This document shows positions 63,923 to 64,000 of a DNA stretch of 64,000 nt, one piece after another (within the stretch, counting starts at the first letter, position 1; each line of letters begins with the position of its first letter). A program made the translations under genes and the position numbers. The stretch is from Eledone cirrhosa. Its lineage: Eukaryota. The DNA lies in contig OZ024741.1 of NCBI GenBank assembly GCA_964016885.1, forward strand, positions 36,332,001-36,396,000, read 5' to 3'. The notes under the pieces were generated by a model. It saw only the letters and a list, made by a program, of their open reading frames with translations. It ran no database searches and was not told where the DNA came from.

Positions 63923-64000
63923 GATGCTATAAGCTTTTCTGGGTGGGAAATGACAATGGGCTGGGTGGAGTAGGTATCATGGTAGCAGAAAAGTGGGCAG
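63921..64000 (+). mobile_element. RTE-B endonuclease-region fragment running off the window
   Basis: Matches 32757-32835 (RCYKLFWVGNDNGLGG). Confidence 0.8.

Overview
AT-rich, repeat-saturated animal DNA with no intact host gene. The SINE/LINE content suggests a coleoid cephalopod such as Octopus (inference). Non-LTR retroelements: two RTE LINE families carrying an internal PHD-like finger, one copy near full length; Tx1/L1-, CR1/L2- and CRE-like LINE fragments; two tRNA-derived SINE families; and Penelope-like element (PLE) remnants. Other repeats: hAT, mariner and piggyBac-type MITEs, a Helitron 3' end, a probable solo LTR and many satellites. Two observations stand out. (1) A 25.3-kb segment (12524-37827) is bounded by perfect 28-bp Merlin-type inverted repeats and an 8-bp duplication. 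It splits one minisatellite in two, has a decayed Merlin (ISXO2/IS1595-like) transposase at one end and a MITE at the other, and looks like a composite macro-transposon with cargo. (2) There is a dense, diverse set of minimal type I hammerhead ribozyme motifs: 8 recognisable cores from about 6 unrelated sequence families, including a U3-A8 compensatory core and very long stem II variants. All calls were made by eye and boundaries are approximate unless junction sequences are quoted.
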